A DNA stretch of 64,000 nt. It comes from Thermoanaerobaculales bacterium (GTDB taxonomy: Bacteria > Acidobacteriota > Thermoanaerobaculia > Thermoanaerobaculales > Sulfomarinibacteraceae). The notes beneath the pieces were generated by a model that did no database searches, was not told where the DNA came from, and saw only the letters and a program-made list of their open reading frames with translations. This document shows positions 1 through 10,125 of the stretch, piece after piece. A program made the position numbers and the translations under genes. The stretch covers positions 6,731 through 70,730 of the forward strand of contig JALOLD010000048.1 in the NCBI GenBank assembly GCA_025456145.1. Direction: 5' to 3'. Numbering within the stretch: the first letter of the stretch is position 1; each line of letters begins with the position of its first letter.

Positions 1-250
1 GCTCATCGAGGGGGGCTGCGGCACGCTGCTGATCGACCTCGACGGGACCAGGATCATCAACTCCATCGGCGTCTCGATCCTGCTCGAGATCATGGAGAAG
101 CTGCTCGAGGACAAGGGCCGGCTCGCCTTCTGCAACCTCACCCCGACGATCTCCAAGACCTTCGAGATCATGGGGCTCGTCCAGTACGCGACGGTGTATC
201 CGGACCGCGACACGGCCCGCGCCGCTCTCGCCGGCGATGCCGCTGTCTGA
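1..250 (+). CDS. STAS-domain anti-sigma factor antagonist (5' truncated by window edge)
   Basis: Frame 2 reads LLIDLDGTRIINSIGVSILLEIMEKL...LAFCNLTPTISKTFEIMGL...AAV, stop TGA 248-250. Typical STAS pattern; overlaps the start of a PP2C phosphatase gene. Not in the ORF track. Confidence 0.8.
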   Translation, partial: LIEGGCGTLLIDLDGTRIINSIGVSILLEIMEKLLEDKGRLAFCNLTPTISKTFEIMGLVQYATVYPDRDTARAALAGDAAV

Positions 251-1742
251 CCTTCTCCGGCTCGCCGACACGGCGCTCTCCAGCCAACCCAACCCGCAGC
301 TCCCCGAGGAACTGCTCAGGGCTCTGGTCGAGGAGACCGGCTCGAGGGCCGGAGTCCTGCGGTCCGGCGGCGGCGATGTCGCCCGCTGGCCGCGCACCGT
401 CTCCCGCCAGGTCGAGGAGGCGACCGAGGGCTGGTGCGAGCTGCCGTTCGGCGGCGACCTCGACGGCTGGTCGGTCCACCTGCTCCAGCTCGGGACCCTC
501 GACGAGTCGGTCCTCGCGGCGGCCCGCCTCGGCCTGAGGGCCTGGCGGCTGCGCGACGAGCTCAAGCGGACCCGCTTCGACGCCCGCTTCCACCTCTGGG
601 AGCTCGAGGCGATCCGCGCCATCGCCGGGTCGATCGGCGGCATTCTCGAGCCCGAGCGGGTCGCCGAGGAGCTCATCAACCACCTCGTCGCCCTGCTCGG
701 CGTGCGCAGCGCCCACCTCTACCTCGGCGACGACGCCGCGACGGCGACCAGCGTCGGCGCCTTCGGCCCGCCGGTCATCGATCGCGACCGGCTCGCCGAG
801 GCCTGGGAGCACGGCTTCATCACCGAGGAGGTCGCGGCCATCCCCCTGGAGACCGACGGCGGCACCCTCGGCGTGCTGGTCGCCGCGCACAAGGAGGCGC
901 GCGAGGGCACCGAGCCGTTCGCCGCCAACGACATCCGGCTTCTCGAGCTGTTCGCGGTCCAGGTCACGGTGGCCATGGAGTACGTCCGCCTGACCCTCGA
1001 GTCCCTCGAGCGCGAGCGGCTGCGCAACGAGCTCGAGACCGCCGCGGTCATCCAGTCGCACCTCTACCCCCAGCGCTTCCCCGACGTCGAGGGCTACCGG
1101 CTGGTCGCCCGGGCGACCCCGAGCCGCCACGTCGCGGGCGACACCTACGACGCGCTCGGCGACGGCGAGTCGCTGGTCGTCACGGTGACCGACGTCTCGG
1201 GCAAGGGGGTCGGCGCGGGGATGATCGCCTCGGGGGTCCACGCTGCGGTCCGACTGCTCGCCGGCAACGGCCTCGGACCGGCCGAGCTCGCCCGCCGGAT
1301 CAACCTCTACCTGGCCGGCGCGACCGCCGACAACCGCTTCGCCACCTTCGCGATGGCCCGCCTCGAGCCGGACGGACGGCTGGTCGGCGTCAACGCCGGC
1401 CACTGCCCGATGCTCATCCGGCGCGCCGACGGCCGGGTCGACGAGATCGCCTCGAGCGGCTTTCCCCTCGGCATGATGGGCTTTGCCGAGTACTCCGAGC
1501 ACGAGACCCGCCTCGAGCCCGGCGACCTGCTGGTGCTCTACACCGACGGCCTGACCGAGGCCGAGGACCCCGATGAGGAGGAGTTCGGCGTCGAGCGCGT
1601 CGCCGAGGTCGTGTCGAAGCTCGGCGATGTCACCGCCGAGAGCGCCTGCAGCGCGCTTCTCGAGGCCGTCGAGCGCCACACCCACGGCGCGCCGCTGATC
1701 GACGACGCGACCCTCGTCGTGGTCGAGCGTCTGGCGCGGTGA
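237..1742 (+). CDS. GAF + SpoIIE/RsbU-type PP2C serine phosphatase
   Basis: Motifs VAGDTYD, VTDVSGKGVGAG, NAGHCP, LYTDGLTEA and DDATLVVV; GAF-like middle region. Confidence 0.9.
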   Translation: MPLSDLLRLADTALSSQPNPQLPEELLRALVEETGSRAGVLRSGGGDVARWPRTVSRQVEEATEGWCELPFGGDLDGWSVHLLQLGTLDESVLAAARLGLRAWRLRDELKRTRFDARFHLWELEAIRAIAGSIGGILEPERVAEELINHLVALLGVRSAHLYLGDDAATATSVGAFGPPVIDRDRLAEAWEHGFITEEVAAIPLETDGGTLGVLVAAHKEAREGTEPFAANDIRLLELFAVQVTVAMEYVRLTLESLERERLRNELETAAVIQSHLYPQRFPDVEGYRLVARATPSRHVAGDTYDALGDGESLVVTVTDVSGKGVGAGMIASGVHAAVRLLAGNGLGPAELARRINLYLAGATADNRFATFAMARLEPDGRLVGVNAGHCPMLIRRADGRVDEIASSGFPLGMMGFAEYSEHETRLEPGDLLVLYTDGLTEAEDPDEEEFGVERVAEVVSKLGDVTAESACSALLEAVERHTHGAPLIDDATLVVVERLAR

Positions 1743-1779
1743 CGTCGGCCGCCGACCGCCGGGCGGGACCGGTCGGCGA

Positions 1780-3549
1780 TCAGTCGGCGTAGAGGCTGTC
1801 GACGAGCTCGCCGTAGTCGCGCTCGACGACCCGGCGCTTGACCTTGAGGGTCGGCGTCAGATGGCCGCCCTCGATCGACAGCATCAGGGGCAGCACGGCA
1901 TGCCTCTTGATCTGCTCGTACCGGGCGAGGTTCGAGTTGACCCCGTCGACCACCTGCTGGTACGCGGCGACGAGCTCGGGGTGCGAGACGAGCGTCTCGA
2001 CCGACCCGGCCTCGAGCCCGCGGGCCGCGGCCCAGCTCACGAGCGCCTCCTGGTTGGGCGAGAGCAGGGCGACGATGTAGGGCCGCCGGTCGCCGATCAG
2101 GACCGCGTTGTCGACCAGCGGCGAGCGCTTGAGCTCGTTCTCGATCGGCTGCGGCGCGACGTTCTTGCCGCCCGCCGTGACGATCAGGTCCTTCTTGCGG
2201 TCGGTGATCCGGATGAAGCCCCGGTCGTCGATCTCGGCGATGTCCCCGGTCAGGAAGAAGCCGTCGGCGTCGAAGACCTCGGCGGTCTTGTCGGGCAGGT
2301 TCCAGTAGCCGGTCATGACGTTCGGACCCTTGACGCAGAGCTCGCCGTCGGCGGCGACCTTGACCTCGACCCCGTCGATCGCCCGTCCGACCGTGCCGAG
2401 CCGCGTCATCCCGGGGTCGGCGCCGTTGACCGCGATCACCGGCGAGGTCTCGGTCAGGCCATAGCCCTCGAGGATCCGCACCCCGATCGAGTGGAAGAAC
2501 TCGTTGACAAAGGTCGGCAGCGGCGCCCCGCCCGAGATGCAGAACCGGACCCGCCCGCCGAGGCCCTGCCGGACCTTCGACAGCACGAGCCGGTCGGCCA
2601 ACCCGTAGCCGAGCCCGCCCGGGGCCTTCCCCTCGAGCACCCTCGGGTAGGCCGCCCGCCCCTTGCCGACCGCCCAGTTGAACAGGGCGCGACGGACCGG
2701 CGGCGCGTGGTCGACCTTGTCCCTGATCTTGTCGTAGACCTTCTCGTAAAAGCGCGGGACGCCGGCGAAGACGGTCGGCCGGATCGTCGCCACCAGGTCG
2801 CCGACGTGGTAGACCGAGCAGTAGGCCTTGCTCAGGGCGCGGTACATGTAGAGATAGCCGAGCATGCGCTCGAAGACGTGGCACAGGGGCAGGAACTCGA
2901 GGGCTAGGTCGTCGCCGGACACCGGCGCGCGGCGGGACGAGGCGACGACGTTGGACACCAGGTTGTCGTGGGTCAGGGTGACGCCCTTGGGGTTGCCGGT
3001 GGTCCCCGAGGTGTAGATCAGGGTCAGGACATCCTCGGCCCCGACCTTCTCGGCGCGCTGCCAGAACAGGTCCTCGGCGTCGCCGCCGTTCCCCGACGCG
3101 ACGACCTCGTCGAGCGACAGGACGCCCGGGGCGGTCGGGCCCTCGATCTGAATGAGGTGCGCGAGATCGGGGCAGCTCGCCCGGATCTCGAGCAGCTTGG
3201 CCATCTGCTCGGGGCTCTCGACGATCGCCGCCCGCGCCCCCGAGTCCTTCGCCTGGAAGGCGATCTGGGCCGGGTTGAGGGTGCCGTACACCGGGGTGTC
3301 GACCGCGCCGAGATCGGCCACCGCCAGGTCGGCCATGTGCCACTCGGGTCGGTTGTCCGAGAGCAGCATGACCCGGTCGCCGCGGCCGATCCCGAGCTTG
3401 GCGAGCCCGCTCGCGAGGCCGGCCGTCCCCCGGAAGAAGGCCGCGGTGCTGAGCACCCGCTGACCCTGGGGAGTGAAGTGGGTGTAGTGCTCGTCGCGGG
3501 CCGCCTCGAGCTCCTTGCGGTACAGGTGGAGAATGTTGCTCTCGTTCAC
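1780..3549 (-). CDS. fadD: Long-chain fatty acid-CoA ligase (AMP-dependent synthetase)
   Basis: IYTSGTTGNPKG AMP-binding motif, EGYGLTET, TGDIAEID...ITDRKKDLI, LTPTLKVKR. Confidence 0.9.
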   Translation of the reverse strand: MNESNILHLYRKELEAARDEHYTHFTPQGQRVLSTAAFFRGTAGLASGLAKLGIGRGDRVMLLSDNRPEWHMADLAVADLGAVDTPVYGTLNPAQIAFQAKDSGARAAIVESPEQMAKLLEIRASCPDLAHLIQIEGPTAPGVLSLDEVVASGNGGDAEDLFWQRAEKVGAEDVLTLIYTSGTTGNPKGVTLTHDNLVSNVVASSRRAPVSGDDLALEFLPLCHVFERMLGYLYMYRALSKAYCSVYHVGDLVATIRPTVFAGVPRFYEKVYDKIRDKVDHAPPVRRALFNWAVGKGRAAYPRVLEGKAPGGLGYGLADRLVLSKVRQGLGGRVRFCISGGAPLPTFVNEFFHSIGVRILEGYGLTETSPVIAVNGADPGMTRLGTVGRAIDGVEVKVAADGELCVKGPNVMTGYWNLPDKTAEVFDADGFFLTGDIAEIDDRGFIRITDRKKDLIVTAGGKNVAPQPIENELKRSPLVDNAVLIGDRRPYIVALLSPNQEALVSWAAARGLEAGSVETLVSHPELVAAYQQVVDGVNSNLARYEQIKRHAVLPLMLSIEGGHLTPTLKVKRRVVERDYGELVDSLYAD

Positions 3550-3580
3550 GGTGGACTCCCTCCGAACCGCAAGGGTCTGT

Positions 3581-4189
3581 TTATGCCATCACCCCCCGCA
3601 TGAGGATCTCGAGGATGGGATCGGCATACCGGCTCAAATCGCCCGGGTCGTCGGCGAGGATCCAGCTCATGACGAGCTCGTCGACCGCGCCGAAGACGAC
3701 GTTCGTCGCGAGGCCCGAGCTGATGTCCCGGCGAAACGCCCCGGTTCGCTGCCCCTCCTCGATGATCCCCCGCAGCAGGCTCAGGTACTCGCCGAGCTTA
3801 CCACGCGTGAACACGCTCATGAAGCGACGCGAGTGGCGGGTCTCGATCTGGAGGACGTGGGCGAGATCGCGGTCCCCGCCGAGGGTCTCGAGGTGGAGGC
3901 GGACCATGACCCGGAGCTTCTCGACCGGGTCGTCGAGGGCGGCGACCTCGTGCTCGAGCTGGTCGATGAACCGGCCGAGGACGTCGTCGAAGATGCTCAG
4001 CAGGAGGTGCTCCTTGCCCTCGAAGTAGAGGTAGAGCGTCCCGTCCGCGACCTCCGCGCTCTTCGCGACATCGGTCATCCGGGCCGCGAAGTACCCCTTG
4101 TTGGCGAAGACCTCGACCGCGGCGCGGAGGATCCGCTCCCGCTTCACCTCGCGCGAGCTCGGCCGGCTCGACGGCAGACTGTCCGACAT
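3581..4189 (-). CDS. fadR: TetR-family regulator, FadR(YsiA)-like fatty-acid degradation repressor
   Basis: HTH RILRAAVEVFANKGYFAARMTDVAKSAEVADGTLYLYFEGKEHLL. Start placed at ATG 4189 behind GGAGG; co-oriented upstream of fadD. Confidence 0.8.
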   Translation of the reverse strand: MSDSLPSSRPSSREVKRERILRAAVEVFANKGYFAARMTDVAKSAEVADGTLYLYFEGKEHLLLSIFDDVLGRFIDQLEHEVAALDDPVEKLRVMVRLHLETLGGDRDLAHVLQIETRHSRRFMSVFTRGKLGEYLSLLRGIIEEGQRTGAFRRDISSGLATNVVFGAVDELVMSWILADDPGDLSRYADPILEILMRGVMA

Positions 4190-4221
4190 GAGGCCTCCCC
4201 CACCCGATCGACCAGGCGAAT

Positions 4222-4239
4222 TGAATGAGCCTTCATTCA
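4222..4239. promoter_or_regulatory. FadR(YsiA)-type operator palindrome TGAATGA-N4-TCATTCA
   Basis: Perfect 7-4-7 inverted repeat about 30 nt upstream of the TetR start; same form as the Bacillus subtilis FadR box. TTGACA lies on the minus strand at 4263-4268. Confidence 0.8.
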
Positions 4240-4324
4240 TGTTTCCACCCCGATCGGCGGCCTGTCAAGCGGGCGCCGGCCGTGCGGGCGGTGTACTACC
4301 ATGCCGGTGTTCAGGGAGGACGCC

Positions 4325-5785
4325 ATGACGGACCAGCGCAACGGCAACGAGCAGGATGTCCGGTTCCGCGTCTACGAGTCGTACAAGGAGACCTTCGCCA
4401 GCGCCCCGATCCGGCTCATGAGCCGGACCGTCAGCACGATGCGCTCGATGGGCTACGACGACCTCGCGACCGCGATCGGCGACCTCGACTGGCGGACCGT
4501 CCCGGCCGACGACCCGGTCGACCCGTTCCTGCGCGACGACTGGGAGGCGCTGCTCGTCCAGGCCTTCGACAACATGGCGGGCTGGCTCCACCAGCTCGCC
4601 GCCCGACCCCTCGCCTACAACCTCGACTCCCTCGGCTACCCGGCGGTGACCGAGGCCTGGTCCGGGATGTGGCGCAAGCAGATGGGCCTCGAGTTCAGTA
4701 ACCGGCGCGGCCGTCCCCCCGAGGTGTTCGTGCTCCACGGCGGCAACCAGGCGGTCCAGGTCGCGCTGACCGGCGTCGCCGAGGCCCGCCGGGACCGCGC
4801 CGGCAGCGACCGCCCGGCGACCGTCCTGGTCCCGCTGCCGACCTTCTCCTGTCCGCTCGACCAGATCGCCCTGCTCGGTCTGCGGGCCTTCCTGCTGCCG
4901 CCCGCCGAGCCCGGGATGGACCCCGGCCCGGACGACATCGCGCGGGTGCCGGACGGCGTCGACATCGACGCGGTCTACGCCATGCCGATCAACAACCCGA
5001 CCGGCCGCACGCTGGCGCCTGCCCGGCTGCGCGCCTTCGTCGAGGCGGTGCTCGACCGCTGGCCGCACGCCGCGGTCATCCTCGACTCGGTCTACGTCCG
5101 GCTCCACCCGGCCTACCGCGAGCTCTTCGCCTGGTTCGACGACGACCCGCGCTTCGCCGAGTCGGTGATCATCGTCGACTCGCTGTCGAAGTCGCACGGC
5201 GTCACCGGGCTGCGCGCCGGCGCGCTGCTGACCAGGTCGACGGCGCTGCGCGGCGGCATCGTCCGCTATGCGCAGAACGTCATGGCCGGTCCGTCGAACA
5301 CCATGCAGGCGGTCACCCTCGCCCTGATCGGTCCCCACGCGACCGGAGAGGAGGAGTTCTCCGACTACCTGATCCGGCTCCAGCTGCGGATCGGCCGCCA
5401 CCTGCAGCGGCGCCGGCGGCTGCTCCTCGAGCAGTCCTTCGAGCGATGGGGAGAGCTTCTCCACGCCGAGCAGCCGGTGCTCCCCGACCCCGCGACCTTC
5501 GACTGGGAGGGCTCGATGTACGCCGTCCTCCAGCTCTCGGACCGCTGCCGGTCGGCGGCGGCGGCGCGCCCGGTCTCGCCGACCGTCGGCTTCTACCTCG
5601 AGACCGGGATCGGCGGCGTCCCGCTCGACGGCTTCTGCCGCAACGCGAACCTCGTCCGGCACGGGCTGCTCGTCAACCACGGCTCGGACGAGCTCGCGGC
5701 CTTCCAGGAGCACGCCGCGCGCTTCGTCCGCTTGAGCTTCGGTATGACCCCGCCGCCGCGGCGCCGCCGCGCGACGGACTCGTAG
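4325..5785 (+). CDS. PLP-dependent aminotransferase class I/II (divergent, with N-terminal extension)
   Basis: INNPTG, ILDSVY and DSLSKSHGVTGLRAG (PLP lysine), FVRLSFG. ATG 4325 follows GGGAGGA. Confidence 0.8.
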   Translation: MTDQRNGNEQDVRFRVYESYKETFASAPIRLMSRTVSTMRSMGYDDLATAIGDLDWRTVPADDPVDPFLRDDWEALLVQAFDNMAGWLHQLAARPLAYNLDSLGYPAVTEAWSGMWRKQMGLEFSNRRGRPPEVFVLHGGNQAVQVALTGVAEARRDRAGSDRPATVLVPLPTFSCPLDQIALLGLRAFLLPPAEPGMDPGPDDIARVPDGVDIDAVYAMPINNPTGRTLAPARLRAFVEAVLDRWPHAAVILDSVYVRLHPAYRELFAWFDDDPRFAESVIIVDSLSKSHGVTGLRAGALLTRSTALRGGIVRYAQNVMAGPSNTMQAVTLALIGPHATGEEEFSDYLIRLQLRIGRHLQRRRRLLLEQSFERWGELLHAEQPVLPDPATFDWEGSMYAVLQLSDRCRSAAAARPVSPTVGFYLETGIGGVPLDGFCRNANLVRHGLLVNHGSDELAAFQEHAARFVRLSFGMTPPPRRRRATDS

Positions 5786-5807
5786 CTCCCGCGAGGTCGT
5801 CAATCGG

Positions 5808-5840
5808 TCGTCGCAACCACGAAGACACCAAGACACGAAG
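5808..5840 (+). repeat. 33-bp CACGAAG-type repeat, left arm of an inverted pair with 10126-10158
   Basis: TCGTCGCAACCACGAAGACACCAAGACACGAAG; 29/33 identical to the reverse complement of 10126-10158. Confidence 0.75.
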
Positions 5841-6176
5841 GAACCGCGAGGCGCCTCCCAGATCGATCCATAGCGATCACAGCTCCTCTCCGCGGATTCG
5901 ACCCTCGCGAAATAACCCTCGTGAACACTCCGGGCTACTCCTCCTCTACGCTGAACAATCCGCTGACGCCGAGAGGGCCGGTCGTCGCGAGAGCGAAGGA
6001 GAAAAGAACGCGACACAGCTCGATTGCAGGCGTTTGCGCCGTGCCGGGCTCAAACGCCGGCAACCGAATCACCGTTAGGTGTTTGCGTGCCTGACGGTCT
6101 TGACGTCGTGGGCATCTACCCTACGCGGCAGTGAAGAAAACGAAGTGATGCCTTCGGTGCCAGCGTCACGAAGAAC

Positions 6177-6205
6177 TTGACCCCCCCCCCCCTCAGGCTT
6201 ACCTT
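6177..6205 (+). promoter_or_regulatory. Putative sigma70 promoter with a C12 tract in the spacer
   Basis: TTGACC (6177-6182), 17 nt, TACCTT (6200-6205). Run of 12 C at 6181-6192; about 50 nt upstream of the subtilase start. Confidence 0.45.
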
Positions 6206-6255
6206 GATGCATCGATACCTGGGACGATGCCCTGAGAACTCTGGAGATAACATCG

Positions 6256-9087
6256 ATGACCAGATCCGTGTTGCTCACAACGGTCCTGAGTATCTCGGCA
6301 GTTTTTTGCGGCGCAATTCGGGCAGATGCAGTCAAAGTCACCCTTGAGAAGGAACTCCGATTTTCTTACAGCGGGGCGTTTCTCGGGTTTGAAGAGCCAG
6401 ATCCTGCGCTGATCGATCGACTGGGCTTGTCCATCATCGCGGACTATCCCTCGTACCTAGCCGGCGAGGTTGGTGACGAGCGACTCGGTGCTTTCATCAC
6501 CACCGCAATGGAACACCAGCTGATGTACGCAATCCGGCGCGACTTCGATCTCATTCAGATCAACGGGTACACGTTTTCTTCGTTTGATGCTCCACCCCAG
6601 CTACCTCAGGGTCTTAGCCTCCCACATTACCCCGGCAACGTTGGGCTCTATCTCGTTCAGTTCGAGGCCCCTCTGACTCCTCAATGGCACGCCGCCCTGC
6701 ACCAGGCGACGGACGTAATTGCATACTTCCCCGAGAACACCTTTCTCGTCCGCTCAACGCCGAACAGCGCGCCCGATCTTGCAAACATCAGCGGCGTGCA
6801 ACACGTGAGCCTGTACCAACCTGCCTACAAGATATCTCGGTCGCTGCTGGACCGTAACAACACCCTCGACCTCACGACGAAGCTCGACGTCGGTCAAGAT
6901 CTAGATAGCCTCGCCAGCTTCGTCTCGACGCTCACAGGCAATCCAGCGACCGTTCACGGTGGATCTCGGCACGCGTTTTTACGGGCTCGCTTGACCCCTG
7001 ATGGCCTTGTGGCCCTCGCTCGGAGAGCCGAGGTCATCTGGATCGAGCCGACCCTGACCCCAGAATTCAGCGGAGAGCGCGATGCGACGATCGCGGCTGG
7101 CGAGCACGATGGCGATAGTCCGCATCGGTTCTTTCCCGGCGGTCACGACGGCTGGCTGAAGGACAAAGACCTCTGCACGCCGACGGGAAGCACTAACTGG
7201 CCGGCATGCATGCCTTACTGGACGAGAGTCGCCGTCATCGACTCCGGGCTGGACAGGACACTTTGCGCTCATTCCCAGTATGACGAAGAGACGGGCGTGT
7301 GCTCCCTATGGGAGGCTTTCGACATTAGCCCAGACCTCGATCACACCTCGAATCACACCGGCGCATGCCCACCGGACGGGCAGGGAATGGCAAAGTTCGA
7401 CGACTTCCTTCGATGTAGCGGGGAAGTCGTAGAAGACGCGTTCTTCTGTTCAGGCGACATCGGGCAGAACCACTGTGAAATACCGCCTTACCCACCGTTC
7501 ACAAATGGGTACTATGATTTCTCAGATCCCGCTGATCCCTTCCCTGCAGGACACGGAACCAGCGTCGCCTCGATCATCGCGGGCGACCCTCTGCCGGATT
7601 CCCCGGAGTCGGATCCCGACGGGTTCTTCCGCGGGACGGGCGTAGCTCCTTCTGCCCCGGTGGTGATCGGAAAATTCAAGGGACTCGCACAAGACCCAAA
7701 TGGCGGCGGCTCTTCGATGACTCACGTCCAGTTTGGCGAGTTGGTCTCGAGAATCCACGCCAACATCGGGGAAGTGAGGTTCTTCAACAACAGCTGGAAT
7801 GTCATCGAGCACGATAGCATCGGAACCCCCGTCGGATACGGCGGAGCCTCCGCCGTTGAGTACACACTGTTCTCCCAGACCGCCGACGAGATCGTTCGCG
7901 AGGCACAGCTCGACGGCGAGATCAACGAGGTCACTCTCATCTTCTCCGCCGGAAACTGGGAGGGTCTCCCCGACACCCAATGGTCAAAGTCGCCGGGCAA
8001 CGCCAAGAACGTCATCTCCGTGGGCGCAGCTCGCGGCTGGTCGGGGGAGCAGGGCCGACCGCACCCCGAATGCGCCGTAGTCCCCTTGGGTGACTCACAT
8101 CTAATCGGCGACATCGCGGGGGGGATCGAATCAGGAAACCCAGATCCGTTGATCTGGCACTCGAGGCGCGGTTATCTCAACGAAGTCGGCTCGGCGTCGG
8201 CTCACCCTAGGTACAAACCCGATCTTGTCGCCCCCGGAACGTACGTTGCGGCGGCGAGAACACAGGCGGCATCCTCCAGCGATGTGTATCGCTGCTTCTC
8301 AGGAACCAGCGCCGCCGCCCCGGTGGTCACCGGCGCCGCCGTACTGGCCGAGGCCTACTACTTCTACAAGATCAGCAACCAAACCGCCCTTCCCTCCCCG
8401 GCAATGGTCAAGGCCATGCTCGTCGCCCATGCGGACAGCCTGGTCGGCGGAACGGACCACTGGCCCGGAACGGCTCTTCCGGACTCGCCGTCCATGGCCC
8501 AGGGCTGGGGGCGGGTCAATCTCGATCGACTCATCCAGGCTCCACCGCCCGGCCAACAGCCAGTCGGCGAGGTCGCCATCGAACAGGACCACGACCCTAC
8601 TGTGGGCAACCTGTGGACACCCTCCGGGGAAGGTCGCCGCTTCATCTTCAGCGGTCAGTACTGGTCGAAACAGCTCGAGGTCAGCACCACGAGCAAGGAC
8701 ATCATCGTCGCGATGGTCTACACCGACGCCCCATCCGATCCGGCTGCGACCTCGCTCACGGTCAACGACCTCGACCTGAGCCTTTTCAAAATGGGAATCG
8801 GCCCGGGATCGGGTCACCGGTACTGGGGCAACCGGTTCCAGGCGGGATCCTGGTACTCGGAAAACACCGCAGGACAGGTCCTCCCCGAAGTGCCGTTCGA
8901 CGCGCACAACAACGTCGAGATCATCCGCATCCCGGCCGGATCCATCGCCGGCACATTCTGGGTGAAGGTCTCGGCGAGAGTCATCGACCGTCAGGCCGTT
9001 CCGGGCCTGGACTTCCAGAACCCTGTTCAGCACGATAACCAGGACTTTGCGCTCTATGTCTACAATGCCGATCCGGCGAGCGAGTGA
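6256..9087 (+). CDS. Secreted S8 (subtilase) serine peptidase
   Basis: Signal peptide; catalytic motifs VAVIDSG, GHGTSVASI, FSAGN and SGTSAAAPVVTG; QGWGRVNL; C-terminal NDLDL...NNVEIIRI beta domain. Codon usage is less GC-biased than the flanks. Confidence 0.9.
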   Translation: MTRSVLLTTVLSISAVFCGAIRADAVKVTLEKELRFSYSGAFLGFEEPDPALIDRLGLSIIADYPSYLAGEVGDERLGAFITTAMEHQLMYAIRRDFDLIQINGYTFSSFDAPPQLPQGLSLPHYPGNVGLYLVQFEAPLTPQWHAALHQATDVIAYFPENTFLVRSTPNSAPDLANISGVQHVSLYQPAYKISRSLLDRNNTLDLTTKLDVGQDLDSLASFVSTLTGNPATVHGGSRHAFLRARLTPDGLVALARRAEVIWIEPTLTPEFSGERDATIAAGEHDGDSPHRFFPGGHDGWLKDKDLCTPTGSTNWPACMPYWTRVAVIDSGLDRTLCAHSQYDEETGVCSLWEAFDISPDLDHTSNHTGACPPDGQGMAKFDDFLRCSGEVVEDAFFCSGDIGQNHCEIPPYPPFTNGYYDFSDPADPFPAGHGTSVASIIAGDPLPDSPESDPDGFFRGTGVAPSAPVVIGKFKGLAQDPNGGGSSMTHVQFGELVSRIHANIGEVRFFNNSWNVIEHDSIGTPVGYGGASAVEYTLFSQTADEIVREAQLDGEINEVTLIFSAGNWEGLPDTQWSKSPGNAKNVISVGAARGWSGEQGRPHPECAVVPLGDSHLIGDIAGGIESGNPDPLIWHSRRGYLNEVGSASAHPRYKPDLVAPGTYVAAARTQAASSSDVYRCFSGTSAAAPVVTGAAVLAEAYYFYKISNQTALPSPAMVKAMLVAHADSLVGGTDHWPGTALPDSPSMAQGWGRVNLDRLIQAPPPGQQPVGEVAIEQDHDPTVGNLWTPSGEGRRFIFSGQYWSKQLEVSTTSKDIIVAMVYTDAPSDPAATSLTVNDLDLSLFKMGIGPGSGHRYWGNRFQAGSWYSENTAGQVLPEVPFDAHNNVEIIRIPAGSIAGTFWVKVSARVIDRQAVPGLDFQNPVQHDNQDFALYVYNADPASE

Positions 9088-9099
9088 GCGGGGGCAGCC

Positions 9100-10050
9100 A
9101 TGAAGCACACGGTGTTGATCTCAACGATCGTGCTCCAAGCTTGCTTGGTATCGGCCCAGCAGCTCCTGGTCTTTCCGGCCGTCACCGACGAGGAGCCCGG
9201 CGTCAATGGCAGTGTGTGGGTCACCACCGCCACGGTGGTCAAGGTCGACCCGTTGGCCGAGATCACCATCCGGCGGAAGTGGGTCTGCCTCCGCGACGGT
9301 GGGTTCGTCGACGACCCGGCAACGGCGCCCTCGTGGACGCTTCCCGCCGAAGAGCCAAAACGACGATTGATGTTCGAACCGGGTGGAGAACTGCTCGAGG
9401 GTACCGGCGCCACCATCGGCGCCGCCGCCTTCGAGGTCGAAGGCGGTGAGGTGATCGCCCACTCCAACGCCATGGATGTCCGTTGGGGGGAGTACAGCCC
9501 GGGCCCCGTCACCACCGTCTTTGGCCAAGGGCAGCACATCGTGCCATTCCGGGAACCCCTCGAGGGCCCGTCGCACATCCCGTGGCTTGGCGGGTGCAAC
9601 GGCGCACGTTGCTCCGATACGACCCAAGGTCCTTGGCAGAACCTCCGCAACAACATCGGCGTCGTCAACCCGAACCCCGAACCCTTGACCGTCCTGTTCA
9701 GCATCCTCCCGTTCGGATTCAACGATCCCGACCCTGGAGCGCCCAATCTCGTAGAGTGGGGTTCGCCGCCTCTTCCAGAATTCTTTGTCAAGACCGTTCC
9801 CGCGTACGGTTGGCGCCAGTTCCATTGGGAGTCGGCCGAGATCTACAGTACTCCCTGGGGCTCGTTCTACCCCACCGCTGGCTTCATCATCAGCCTGACG
9901 CCTCAGCAGCAGCTCCCGTACTACGCCTACGCCTCGGTGATCTTCACCCCCGACCCGGACCTGGGCGTGCCCGAGTTCAACGACCCCATGTTCATTCCAG
10001 CCGAACCGGGCTACGTGATGCCCTGGTTCGAGGCATCGCCAGACCCATAG
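9100..10050 (+). CDS. Secreted hypothetical protein
   Basis: Signal peptide, N-terminal PGVNGSVWVT motif, LRNNIGVVNP; 12 nt downstream of the subtilase gene. Confidence 0.7.
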   Translation: MKHTVLISTIVLQACLVSAQQLLVFPAVTDEEPGVNGSVWVTTATVVKVDPLAEITIRRKWVCLRDGGFVDDPATAPSWTLPAEEPKRRLMFEPGGELLEGTGATIGAAAFEVEGGEVIAHSNAMDVRWGEYSPGPVTTVFGQGQHIVPFREPLEGPSHIPWLGGCNGARCSDTTQGPWQNLRNNIGVVNPNPEPLTVLFSILPFGFNDPDPGAPNLVEWGSPPLPEFFVKTVPAYGWRQFHWESAEIYSTPWGSFYPTAGFIISLTPQQQLPYYAYASVIFTPDPDLGVPEFNDPMFIPAEPGYVMPWFEASPDP

Positions 10051-10125
10051 ACCGATCGCGGTCGCCCTCTCGGTGCTCGAGCGCGACTCACCACGGCGCA
10101 GCCACGGCGTTTTCATATGCGATGT

